Below are positions 48,754 to 59,500 of a DNA stretch of 64,000 nucleotides, piece by piece. The stretch lies in the NCBI RefSeq assembly GCF_003334355.1, contig NZ_QOWP01000010.1; one strand, written 5' to 3'. Origin of the DNA: Escherichia coli (lineage in GTDB: Bacteria > Pseudomonadota > Gammaproteobacteria > Enterobacterales > Enterobacteriaceae). A program made the translations under genes and the position numbers. A model generated the notes under the pieces. It made no database searches, had not been told where the DNA came from, and worked only from the letters and a program-made list of their open reading frames with translations. Position 1 is the first letter of the stretch; each line of letters begins with the position of its first letter.

Positions 48754-48940
48754 TGATGAAAAATAGTGTCGCTGAGCACTAAAATTTAATGTAAATGGTG
48801 TGTTAAATCGATTGTGAATAACCAGCGCTTCCGGCAGGATACGGTCGCCCTGGTAAAACATAAACTCTGTTACCCCGTTCCGGTGGCAGATATAACGGCA
48901 AGTTTCGACATTGCCGATAATAATTTTTTGGAGACTTTAG

Positions 48941-50449
<1,509 letters not shown>

Positions 50450-50544
50450 GGGACTTAGCCTGCGGCGGTTTTGTTTGGCTTCAGCAGCGGGTTGCGCTCC
50501 CTTAATGTGCCTCGCCATATAAATTGAATGGTGCAGGGAGCGCG

Positions 50545-50574
50545 CAGGGGGCGGCCAATCGCCGCCGCCCCCTG
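50545..50574. other. GC-rich perfect 11-bp stem hairpin about 100 nt downstream of putP, no T-run
   Basis: cagggggcggc-caatcgcc-gccgccccctg. Confidence 0.3.
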
Positions 50575-50747
50575 CTGTCCCGGCCTTCGGGGAACGCTTC
50601 AGCGATTTTGACGCCACCAACACCCGAGCTGTTATTATGTTCCGGGCAAAAAGTTAGATTTGATAATCGCGGATGGACGAAATTGCTTGATACACCCGCT
50701 TATCAGTTTTACATGGAAGCTCTGATGCATTGAGTCTGGACAGTTTT

Positions 50748-50782
50748 GTCGGCTGGATACGGCGTTTACGCGGCATCCGGCA
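50748..50782. repeat. REP element upstream of efeU
   Basis: gtcggctggatacggcgtttacgcggcatccggca. Confidence 0.45.
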
Positions 50783-50912
50783 AGAACACATGGCTCGTTG
50801 TAAACAATCCCATCTTTGTACCTGGAATAATCGTTTATATCCCCTGGCATTACCTCTCTTTGTTTACATTTCAACATCATTTTATAAACATTCCGCTTGT
50901 ATTTTTCTTTAC

Positions 50913-50931
50913 CGTAATGATAATCGCTATC
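50913..50931 (+). promoter_or_regulatory. Fur-box-like site in the efeU promoter region
   Basis: cgtaatgataatcgctatc matches GATAATGATAATCATTATC at 15/19 positions, about 60 bp upstream of efeU ATG. Confidence 0.45.
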
Positions 50932-50990
50932 ACTGCGATTTACTTTTCTTTGCATAGATTGACTCAGAAAAACGTTTAAGGGTGGGTGGC

Positions 50991-51821
50991 ATGTTTGTTC
51001 CGTTTCTCATTATGTTGCGCGAAGGACTTGAAGCCGCGCTGATTGTCAGTTTGATTGCCAGCTATCTTAAGCGTACCCAGCGAGGCCGATGGATTGGTGT
51101 GATGTGGATTGGCGTGTTGCTTGCCGCTGCGTTGTGCCTGGGCTTGGGTATCTTCATTAACGAAACCACCGGCGAATTTCCGCAAAAAGAACAGGAACTG
51201 TTTGAAGGTATCGTGGCGGTGATCGCCGTGGTGATCCTTACCTGGATGGTTTTCTGGATGCGCAAAGTGTCGCGCAACGTCAAAGTGCAACTGGAACAGG
51301 CAGTCGATAGCGCATTGCAGCGTGGAAATCATCATGGCTGGGCGCTGGTGATGATGGTCTTTTTTGCCGTTGCAAGGGAAGGGCTGGAGTCGGTCTTTTT
51401 CCTGCTGGCGGCATTTCAACAAGATGTCGGGATCTGGCCACCGCTGGGTGCAATGCTCGGTCTTGCTACTGCCGTGGTGCTAGGCTTCCTGCTCTACTGG
51501 GGCGGTATTCGCCTCAATCTTGGTGCATTTTTTAAATGGACCAGCCTGTTTATTCTCTTCGTCGCCGCAGGGCTGGCAGCTGGTGCCATTCGCGCATTTC
51601 ATGAAGCCGGATTGTGGAACCACTTTCAGGAAATCGCCTTCGATATGAGTGCGGTGCTCTCAACTCACTCGCTGTTTGGCACGCTGATGGAAGGGATTTT
51701 TGGCTATCAGGAAGCGCCGAGCGTCAGCGAAGTCGCCGTCTGGTTTATTTATCTCATCCCGGCGCTGGTGGCATTTGCTCTGCCACCACGCGCAGGGGCG
51801 ACAGCGTCTCGCTCCGCGTAA
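50991..51821 (+). CDS. efeU: ferrous iron permease EfeU (FTR1/OFeT family; REGLE motifs), 276 aa, intact
   Basis: ORF 50982..51821; MFVPFLIMLREGLEAALIVSLIASYLKRTQ from ATG 50991; uninterrupted reading frame with two REGLE motifs. Confidence 0.9.
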   Translation: MFVPFLIMLREGLEAALIVSLIASYLKRTQRGRWIGVMWIGVLLAAALCLGLGIFINETTGEFPQKEQELFEGIVAVIAVVILTWMVFWMRKVSRNVKVQLEQAVDSALQRGNHHGWALVMMVFFAVAREGLESVFFLLAAFQQDVGIWPPLGAMLGLATAVVLGFLLYWGGIRLNLGAFFKWTSLFILFVAAGLAAGAIRAFHEAGLWNHFQEIAFDMSAVLSTHSLFGTLMEGIFGYQEAPSVSEVAVWFIYLIPALVAFALPPRAGATASRSA

Positions 51822-51878
51822 CAAATACGACGCAAACTCTTGCTTAGTTACAACATACTTTAAAGGGATAGTCTCGTC

Positions 51879-53006
51879 ATGACCATTAACTTCCGCCGTA
51901 ACGCATTGCAGTTGAGCGTGGCTGCGCTGTTTTCTTCTGCTTTTATGGCTAACGCCGCTGATGTGCCGCAGGTCAAAGTGACCGTGACGGATAAGCAGTG
52001 CGAACCGATGACCATTACGGTTAACGCCGGGAAAACACAGTTCATTATTCAGAACCACAGCCAGAAGGCGCTGGAGTGGGAGATCCTCAAAGGCGTGATG
52101 GTGGTGGAAGAGCGGGAAAATATCGCCCCTGGCTTTAGCCAGAAAATGACGGCGAATTTACAGCCTGGCGAATACGATATGACCTGCGGTCTGCTGACTA
52201 ACCCGAAAGGGAAGTTGATCGTCAAAGGTGAGGCAACGGCGGATGCGGCGCAAAGTGATGCGCTGTTAAGTCTTGGTGGTGCAATTACTGCATATAAAGC
52301 GTATGTCATGGCGGAAACCACGCAGCTGGTGACCGACACCAAAGCCTTTACCGACGCGATTAAAGCAGGCGATATCGAAAAAGCGAAAGCACTGTATGCA
52401 CCGACGCGCCAGCACTATGAGCGTATTGAACCGATTGCTGAACTGTTCTCCGATCTGGATGGCAGCATTGACGCCCGTGAAGATGATTACGAGCAAAAAG
52501 CCGCCGACCCAAAATTCACTGGTTTCCACCGTCTGGAAAAAGCATTGTTTGGCGACAACACCACCAAAGGGATGGATCAGTACGCTGAGCAGCTTTATAC
52601 CGATGTGGTCGATTTGCAAAAACGCATCAGTGAACTGGCTTTCCCACCTTCAAAAGTGGTCGGCGGCGCAGCCGGACTGATTGAGGAAGTGGCAGCCAGC
52701 AAAATTAGCGGTGAAGAAGATCGCTACAGCCACACCGATCTGTGGGATTTCCAGGCTAACGTTGAAGGCTCGCAGAAAATTGTCGATTTGCTGCGTCCAC
52801 AACTGCAAAAAGCCAACCCGGAACTGCTGGCAAAAGTCGATGCCAACTTTAAAAAGGTCGATACCATTCTGGCGAAATACCGTACTAAAGACGGTTTTGA
52901 AACCTACGACAAATTGACCGATGCCGACCGGAAGGCACTGAAAGGACCGATTACTGCGCTGGCGGAAGATCTGGCGCAACTTCGCGGTGTGCTGGGACTG
53001 GATTAA
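51879..53006 (+). CDS. efeO: periplasmic iron-binding protein EfeO (cupredoxin + M75 peptidase-like domains), 375 aa
   Basis: Full [55 protein letters not shown]. Confidence 0.93.
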   Translation: MTINFRRNALQLSVAALFSSAFMANAADVPQVKVTVTDKQCEPMTITVNAGKTQFIIQNHSQKALEWEILKGVMVVEERENIAPGFSQKMTANLQPGEYDMTCGLLTNPKGKLIVKGEATADAAQSDALLSLGGAITAYKAYVMAETTQLVTDTKAFTDAIKAGDIEKAKALYAPTRQHYERIEPIAELFSDLDGSIDAREDDYEQKAADPKFTGFHRLEKALFGDNTTKGMDQYAEQLYTDVVDLQKRISELAFPPSKVVGGAAGLIEEVAASKISGEEDRYSHTDLWDFQANVEGSQKIVDLLRPQLQKANPELLAKVDANFKKVDTILAKYRTKDGFETYDKLTDADRKALKGPITALAEDLAQLRGVLGLD

Positions 53007-53011
53007 GCGTT

Positions 53012-54283
53012 ATGCAGTATAAAGATGAAAACGGCGTGAATGAACCGTCACGCCGACGTTTACTGAAAGTGATAGGTGCACTGGCGCTGGCGGGAAGTTG
53101 TCCGGTCGCTCATGCACAAAAAACGCAAAGTGCGCCGGGTACGCTTTCACCGGATGCTCGCAATGAGAAACAGCCGTTTTATGGTGAGCATCAGGCAGGG
53201 ATCCTGACGCCACAACAGGCCGCAATGATGCTGGTGGCGTTTGATGTGCTTGCCAGCGATAAAGCCGATCTTGAGCGGTTGTTTCGCTTGTTGACTCAGC
53301 GTTTTGCTTTTCTGACTCAGGGCGGAGCAGCACCAGAAACGCCAAATCCGCGCCTGCCACCACTCGATTCCGGCATTCTTGGCGGCTACATTGCGCCCGA
53401 TAATCTCACCATCACGTTATCGGTGGGTCACTCATTGTTTGATGAGCGCTTTGGCCTTGCGCCACAGATGCCAAAAAAGCTGCAGAAGATGACGCGTTTC
53501 CCCAACGACTCGCTGGATGCGGCGTTATGTCATGGTGATGTGTTGCTACAGATTTGCGCCAACACCCAGGACACGGTTATCCATGCGCTGCGCGATATCA
53601 TCAAACACACGCCGGATTTGCTCAGTGTGCGCTGGAAGCGGGAAGGGTTTATTTCCGATCACGCGGCGCGTAGTAAAGGCAAAGAGACGCCGATTAATTT
53701 GCTGGGTTTCAAAGACGGCACTGCCAATCCCGATAGCCAGAATGATAAGTTGATGCAAAAAGTGGTGTGGGTAACGGCAGATCAGCAGGAGCCTGCGTGG
53801 ACAATCGGTGGCAGCTATCAGGCAGTACGCTTGATTCAGTTTCGAGTGGAATTTTGGGACAGAACGCCGCTGAAAGAACAGCAGACGATTTTTGGCCGTG
53901 ATAAGCAAACCGGTGCGCCGCTGGGAATGCAGCATGAGCATGATGTGCCTGATTACGCCAGCGACCCGGAAGGGAAGGTGATCGCGCTGGACAGCCATAT
54001 CCGGCTGGCGAATCCCCGCACGGCGGAGAGTGAGTCCAGCCTGATGCTGCGTCGTGGCTACAGTTATTCACTGGGCGTCACCAACTCCGGGCAACTGGAT
54101 ATGGGGTTGCTGTTTGTCTGCTACCAACACGATCTGGAAAAAGGCTTCCTGACAGTACAAAAAAGGCTCAATGGCGAAGCGCTGGAGGAATACGTTAAAC
54201 CTATCGGCGGCGGTTATTTTTTTGCGCTGCCGGGGGTGAAGGACGCGAACGATTATTTTGGAAGCGCGTTATTGCGGGTTTAA
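53012..54283 (+). CDS. efeB: Dyp-type haem peroxidase / deferrochelatase EfeB (Tat signal RRRLLK), 423 aa
   Basis: Full [39 protein letters not shown]... Confidence 0.93.
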   Translation: MQYKDENGVNEPSRRRLLKVIGALALAGSCPVAHAQKTQSAPGTLSPDARNEKQPFYGEHQAGILTPQQAAMMLVAFDVLASDKADLERLFRLLTQRFAFLTQGGAAPETPNPRLPPLDSGILGGYIAPDNLTITLSVGHSLFDERFGLAPQMPKKLQKMTRFPNDSLDAALCHGDVLLQICANTQDTVIHALRDIIKHTPDLLSVRWKREGFISDHAARSKGKETPINLLGFKDGTANPDSQNDKLMQKVVWVTADQQEPAWTIGGSYQAVRLIQFRVEFWDRTPLKEQQTIFGRDKQTGAPLGMQHEHDVPDYASDPEGKVIALDSHIRLANPRTAESESSLMLRRGYSYSLGVTNSGQLDMGLLFVCYQHDLEKGFLTVQKRLNGEALEEYVKPIGGGYFFALPGVKDANDYFGSALLRV

Positions 54284-54290
54284 TGTTTTT

Positions 54291-54427
54291 AGGCGGATAA
54301 GGCATTTGTGCGCAGATGCCTGATGCGACGCTTGCGCGTCTTATCATGCCTACAATCAGTGCGGGTTTGGTAGGCTGGATAAGGCGTTCACGCCGCATCC
54401 GGCGATCGTGCACTGATGCCTGATGCA
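54291..54427. repeat. BIME cluster (REP palindromes) between efeB and phoH
   Basis: aggcggataaggcatttgtgcgcagatgcctgatgcgacgcttgcgcgtcttatcatgcctac; gtaggctggataaggcgttcacgccgcatccggc. Confidence 0.5.
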
Positions 54428-54460
54428 AATCCTGCTGAAAGCACACAGCTTTTTTCATCA

Positions 54461-54479
54461 CTGTCATCACTCTGTCATC
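54461..54479 (+). promoter_or_regulatory. Pho box (PhoB binding site) of the phoH promoter
   Basis: CTGTCAT-CACT-CTGTCAT: two 7-bp direct repeats with 4-bp spacer, about 150 bp upstream of phoH ATG. Confidence 0.6.
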
Positions 54480-54627
54480 TTTCCAGTAGAAACTAATGTC
54501 ACTGAAATGGTGTTTTATAGTTAAATATAAGTAAATATATTGTTGCAATAAATGCGAGATCTGTTGTACTTATTAAGTAGCAGCGGAAGTTCCCGGCAGT
54601 GATAGTCAGTCACTATGGAGATCGCGG

Positions 54628-55692
54628 ATGGTAACGTCCTGTACTGGACATGTTTTAGATAATCAACGCGCCACCACTCGCGGAGTTTTCTCCTCCGGTA
54701 GTCATCTCGTCACTTTGCATTTTCAACCTCATCCTTTCTTTTCATGTGTTACCGACGCCGTAAACGGTGCGCGTAGCCGTTTTTCGGCATTTTATCCAAA
54801 AGCAAACTATGGCTTACAAGGAAGCCAACCCTCTGATGTTCGTGCGCATAATCGCGCTGCCAACGGCGCGTGTGATGAATACAAACAACTCAAGGTGCTC
54901 TCCATGGGAAGACAAAAAGCAGTGATCAAAGCTCGTCGCGAGGCAAAACGTGTGCTGAGACGGGATTCGCGCAGCCATAAGCAGCGTGAAGAAGAATCGG
55001 TCACCTCGCTTGTGCAGATGGGCGGCGTAGAAGCCATTGGTATGGCCCGCGACAGTCGCGATACTTCGCCCATCCTCGCGCGAAATGAAGCGCAATTGCA
55101 CTATCTGAAGGCTATTGAGAGTAAGCAGCTGATATTCGCCACGGGCGAAGCCGGGTGCGGAAAAACCTGGATCAGCGCAGCAAAAGCGGCAGAGGCCCTG
55201 ATACATAAGGATGTCGACAGGATTATCGTCACCCGTCCAGTTCTGCAAGCCGATGAAGATCTTGGCTTCTTACCTGGAGATATCGCAGAAAAGTTTGCTC
55301 CCTATTTTCGCCCGGTCTACGACGTGCTGGTCCGGCGCTTAGGGGCTTCCTTTATGCAGTACTGCCTGCGACCGGAAATAGGGAAGGTGGAAATTGCGCC
55401 GTTCGCCTATATGCGTGGACGTACCTTTGAAAATGCAGTCGTCATTCTTGACGAGGCGCAGAATGTGACTGCCGCGCAAATGAAAATGTTTTTAACCCGC
55501 CTCGGGGAGAACGTGACGGTTATCGTCAACGGTGATATCACGCAATGCGATTTGCCTCGCGGCGTGTGCTCCGGATTAAGTGACGCGCTGGAACGTTTCG
55601 AAGAAGATGAAATGGTTGGGATCGTCCGGTTCGGTAAAGAGGACTGCGTACGTTCGGCACTTTGCCAACGTACGCTGCATGCCTACAGTTAA
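54628..55692 (+). CDS. phoH: phosphate-starvation-inducible ATPase PhoH (Walker A GEAGCGKT), 354 aa
   Basis: Full ORF MVTSCTGHVLDNQRATTRGVFSSGSHLVTLHF... Confidence 0.9.
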   Translation: MVTSCTGHVLDNQRATTRGVFSSGSHLVTLHFQPHPFFSCVTDAVNGARSRFSAFYPKANYGLQGSQPSDVRAHNRAANGACDEYKQLKVLSMGRQKAVIKARREAKRVLRRDSRSHKQREEESVTSLVQMGGVEAIGMARDSRDTSPILARNEAQLHYLKAIESKQLIFATGEAGCGKTWISAAKAAEALIHKDVDRIIVTRPVLQADEDLGFLPGDIAEKFAPYFRPVYDVLVRRLGASFMQYCLRPEIGKVEIAPFAYMRGRTFENAVVILDEAQNVTAAQMKMFLTRLGENVTVIVNGDITQCDLPRGVCSGLSDALERFEEDEMVGIVRFGKEDCVRSALCQRTLHAYS

Positions 55693-55710
55693 GTGTGTTA
55701 TCGGTGCAGA

Positions 55711-55735
55711 GCCCGGGCGAACCGGGCTTTGTTTT
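55711..55735 (+). terminator. rho-independent terminator of phoH
   Basis: gcccggg-cgaa-cccgggc hairpin followed by tttgtttt. Confidence 0.6.
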
Positions 55736-55741
55736 GGGTGT

Positions 55742-56155
55742 TTATGCCCGGACTAGCGCTTTTTCTGAAACAACCATTTTTATTTGCCCCTGGCTGGTGA
55801 AGTGTACGCTCATCCTGTGGCTTTTTTGTAGTTGCTGATAGAGCTCATCAGGTATTGCTAAGCTCTCTGCATATTCTTGCGGCGTATATTGGTAGGCTGC
55901 ATGATGCTGCTGTTTTTGAAAACGCAGCTTATTGTACAGCGCCCAGACAATTAACACGACGGCATTCGCCACTGCCAGCAAAAAATAGAACTGAAGTCGG
56001 CTTCTGGCCTCGCTTTGCCAGTAATAACCCGTCAGCAGATCCATGGCGAATAAGAATATGAACAACGCAAATAATGTCCACAAGATGGTTGTGGCAACAT
56101 AATCAACCAGTAAACGTACTGGTGATTGTCGGGTCGTAATAATTAAATTGTTCAT
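55742..56155 (-). CDS. pgaD: PGA synthase accessory membrane protein PgaD, 137 aa
   Basis: Full [50 protein letters not shown]. Confidence 0.92.
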
Positions 56156-56156
56156 A

Positions 56157-57481
56157 TTAACCTCTCAGAATCCCGCGATCGGGACTTACCCAACGGGTGC
56201 GTTGCTTTTTAGGCATCAACATGACTCGTGTAAATGATACCAATGTCGTTGCCAGGCTCAGCATCCAGAAAATAACCGGGAACCAAATAATCCAGAAAAG
56301 CGATGAAGTCAGATTATGCTCATAGCGATTCTCGATCATCAGGCTGACAATAAATTGCAGTAAACATAACGTACACAATAATATTCCGGCAGTATGTGTC
56401 GCAGCGATATGTGTCAATTCAATATTTAACGGTACACCGGCAAGTTGGACTGCGTAAATAATGAAACCGACCAGGCAGGTGAAGGCCCATATTGTCGTCA
56501 GGCAGTATTCAAAAAACAGCGGCCACATTCGAAAGTTTTCTTTGCGCCACAACCTTGTCATATTTTTGAGGAATACTTCTGCACCGCCCTGAGCCCAGCG
56601 CAGGCGCTGTTTCCACAGCCCTTTTAACGTTTCAGGCATTAATATCCAGCACAGTGCCCGTGGCTCGTAAAAATCGTCCACTGATTCAACTGCAGCTTCC
56701 AGCTAATATCAATATCTTCGGTGATCATATCGTCACTCCAGTAACCCACTTCTGCCAGGGCGCTGCGACGAAATGCGGCAATAACACCGGAAACGGTAAA
56801 TACGTTTCCATAGATACGCTGGGTTCGCTTGATCAAACCAATAATTGAGGAATACTCGCCAACCTGAATTTTACCCACCAGGGTAGAACGTGTTCGAATA
56901 CGAGGATTACCGGTTACGGCACCCACACGCGGGTTGTACAACATCGGTTCCACAATATATGCCGCCGCATCGCGGTCTAATAACGCATCGCCATCAATGC
57001 ACACCAGATATTCACTTTTCGCCGCGGCAGCTCCGGTTTTAAGCGCAATGGCTTTCCCCTGGTTTTGCGCCAGATGAATGACCCGCAAATGGGGAATTTG
57101 TGCAGCCATGCGATCCAGGATGGCACGGGTTTTATCTGTTGAACCGTCATTTACGGCAATAACTTCAATGTTCTCATAACGCTGTGCTAAAGCGGCGTGT
57201 ATGGTTTCCTCAACGTTTTTCTCCTCATTAAAACAGGGAATGATAATGGAGATAGACGGATTATCTTTCAACTGGGGAGCTGGTGCGTTTTCTCCCCACG
57301 GCCAGTGGCGTTCACGATAGACCCAGAAATAGACGCCGCCAACAATCCACATAATGGACATAAAAAACGGCCAGAAGAAAACGAACCTCATCATCAGTTC
57401 ACCAGAGTGAAAGTACGCTACGCATAGGGGTATGCATAACACCAGACATAATATAAAAAACGATACGATGCGATTAATCAT
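56157..57481 (-). pseudogene. pgaC: poly-beta-1,6-N-acetylglucosamine synthase PgaC (GT2), reading frame split by a 1-nt loss in a homopolymer (plus-strand A5 at 56669-56673): frameshifted allele or sequencing error
   Basis: Track gives two ORFs in different frames: 56639..57481 (N-terminal 280 aa ...[13 protein letters not shown] then out of frame) and 56157..56681 (C-terminal, ..[32 protein letters not shown]); the intact protein reads ...[13 protein letters not shown]... Confidence 0.8.
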
Positions 57482-59492
57482 TTTTCGGATACCAGGCTGT
57501 TGAAAACTCAGGACGAATAAGGTCTATTTCAGGTTGGTTATGCAGAAAATTGTCGGGATAATAACCATAGTTTTTCACTCCATTCAGTTGTAATAGGCTC
57601 ATCCAGTGAGCGAGTTGTTGCGAAGAAATAGCCTGATGCTGACCATTTTTCTGCCAGTTTTGTGCCTGTAATTCTAAAATAGATTTGTCTTTAGCCTGAG
57701 GGATGTTTTTAATTTGATTGGTCAATTGTATTAACCATTGGTCAGCCGATTTTTCTGCGACACCTTCCAGATAAGGCATAGCCATAATAGCGGTCCAGTC
57801 ATAGCTTTTTAGGAAATCAGCATAATTCTGTGCAAACCAGGCTTCACTTTCAGGTTGTATTACCGGAAGTGCAAAAATATTTCGTGCAGTTTTAATATGT
57901 GGACCGCGAATGGCTTTTACGCGCGCACTAAGTTCTAAAGTGAAGTCAGTTAACGCACGACTTTTAAAGCGGGCCCACTGTTTAAATTGCTCCGGGTTTT
58001 GTCGAATTTCGCTCAGACTCCCGCTAAAGCCTGCTTGCTGATAAGCCGTGATAGCCGGTGCACTGGCATCTTCATAATCTGAAAGCAAAGCATCATCGTG
58101 GAACAATATGCCATCAAAAGCAGCATGTCCGGCAAGATCTTCATATAACATGCCAACTTGTGCTCTGACTCTGTCATCGAAAGGAGAGAGACGGTGATAT
58201 TGTTCAGGATGAATTTGTGCTTTTTTCTCCCCTGTTGGTAAGTATTTTACTCGCGTTAATGTGGGATCTAAATCCCAGCTTAATACCGGCATCCACGCAT
58301 AGATGTTTACACCTGAGCGGGTACGTAATTGCCAGGCAACCCGACTAAAAATATCTGCTTTCATTGGTAGCAAACGATTTGGAAACCAGACCTCTTTGAC
58401 CAGCCCATCACCATCGGGATCAGCAAATGCCTGCAAATACACGGTTGATATTTGCATATCTTTCACCCGCTGAATTAGCACATCAATATTGCGATCCATT
58501 TGCTGGAGGTTTTCGTCATAAACGTAATCAAGATCGATATGCATTATCCGTTGTGGTGATTTTTCCTGTACGGTAATAATTTGCTGGGCAAACTCTTTTA
58601 ATGAGGGATTATTGGCGATTAATACCCGCGGAATGGAATCCAATTGCGACGCATTTGCCAAACCTGATTCAAGGGTGAAGAACATGTCATAACCGAGTTT
58701 TTTTAATTCCTCTATCGCTATGCCATTCGCTTCGCCATAAGGCCAAACAAAAACGTGTGGATTTACCTCAACCTTTGTACGCAGGTATTCCGTCATTTTT
58801 ACAGCATCCAGACGAATTCTTTCCCGGTATTCTGCTGCGGTTTCATACCGTGCGTGGTCAGTAAAATATGCACGATTTACATATACAGGCAATAAGCTGC
58901 CGGTGGCATTAGCCTGAATACCGTAGTGAGAATTCCATGTATGAGAAGCGAGCTCAACGAGCCGGGAACGCGCAACTTCTCGCACTTGTTGCCACGTGGC
59001 AAAATATTCTCGATCGACCAACTCATCGCCAAATTTTACTTGTTTATCCGCTGGCGTATCGACCCAACTGCCGACGGGGGCCCATACAGCAGGCCACTGG
59101 AAGGCCTGAAGAATTGGGAAGACGCGGGTATAAAAACTCTGGTAGCCGTCATCAAAAGTCAGCACTACAGCTTTTTCCGGTAGCGGTTTTCCTCCTCGAT
59201 GTGCTTCACGAATTTGAGCAATACTGACCGGTTGATAACCGTTCTCGCGCAGCCAGGCAAATTGTTCACGCAGTGCTGATGTCCGCACTGACATAAAACG
59301 CTGGTCGGCAGTTTCGTCTTCAACGTTATGCCATGAAATCGCTACAAAACCATTATGCGGCCACGGTTGCTCGGCGAGTAAAGATTCGCGATCCTGTGGC
59401 GGTATAAATGATGTTCTTGACTGGCTAATGCACGCGGTGAGCATAATTATACTCACCAGCATCAGGAGATATTTATTTCCATTACGTAACAT
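57474..59492 (-). CDS. pgaB: PGA N-deacetylase lipoprotein PgaB, 672 aa
   Basis: Full [40 protein letters not shown]... Confidence 0.93.
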
Positions 59493-59500
59493 ATTTATCC

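Noticed and set aside
50746-50979. 77-aa ORF immediately upstream of efeU
   Set aside because: It overlaps a REP element and the Fur-box/promoter region and has no RBS, so it is most likely non-coding promoter DNA.
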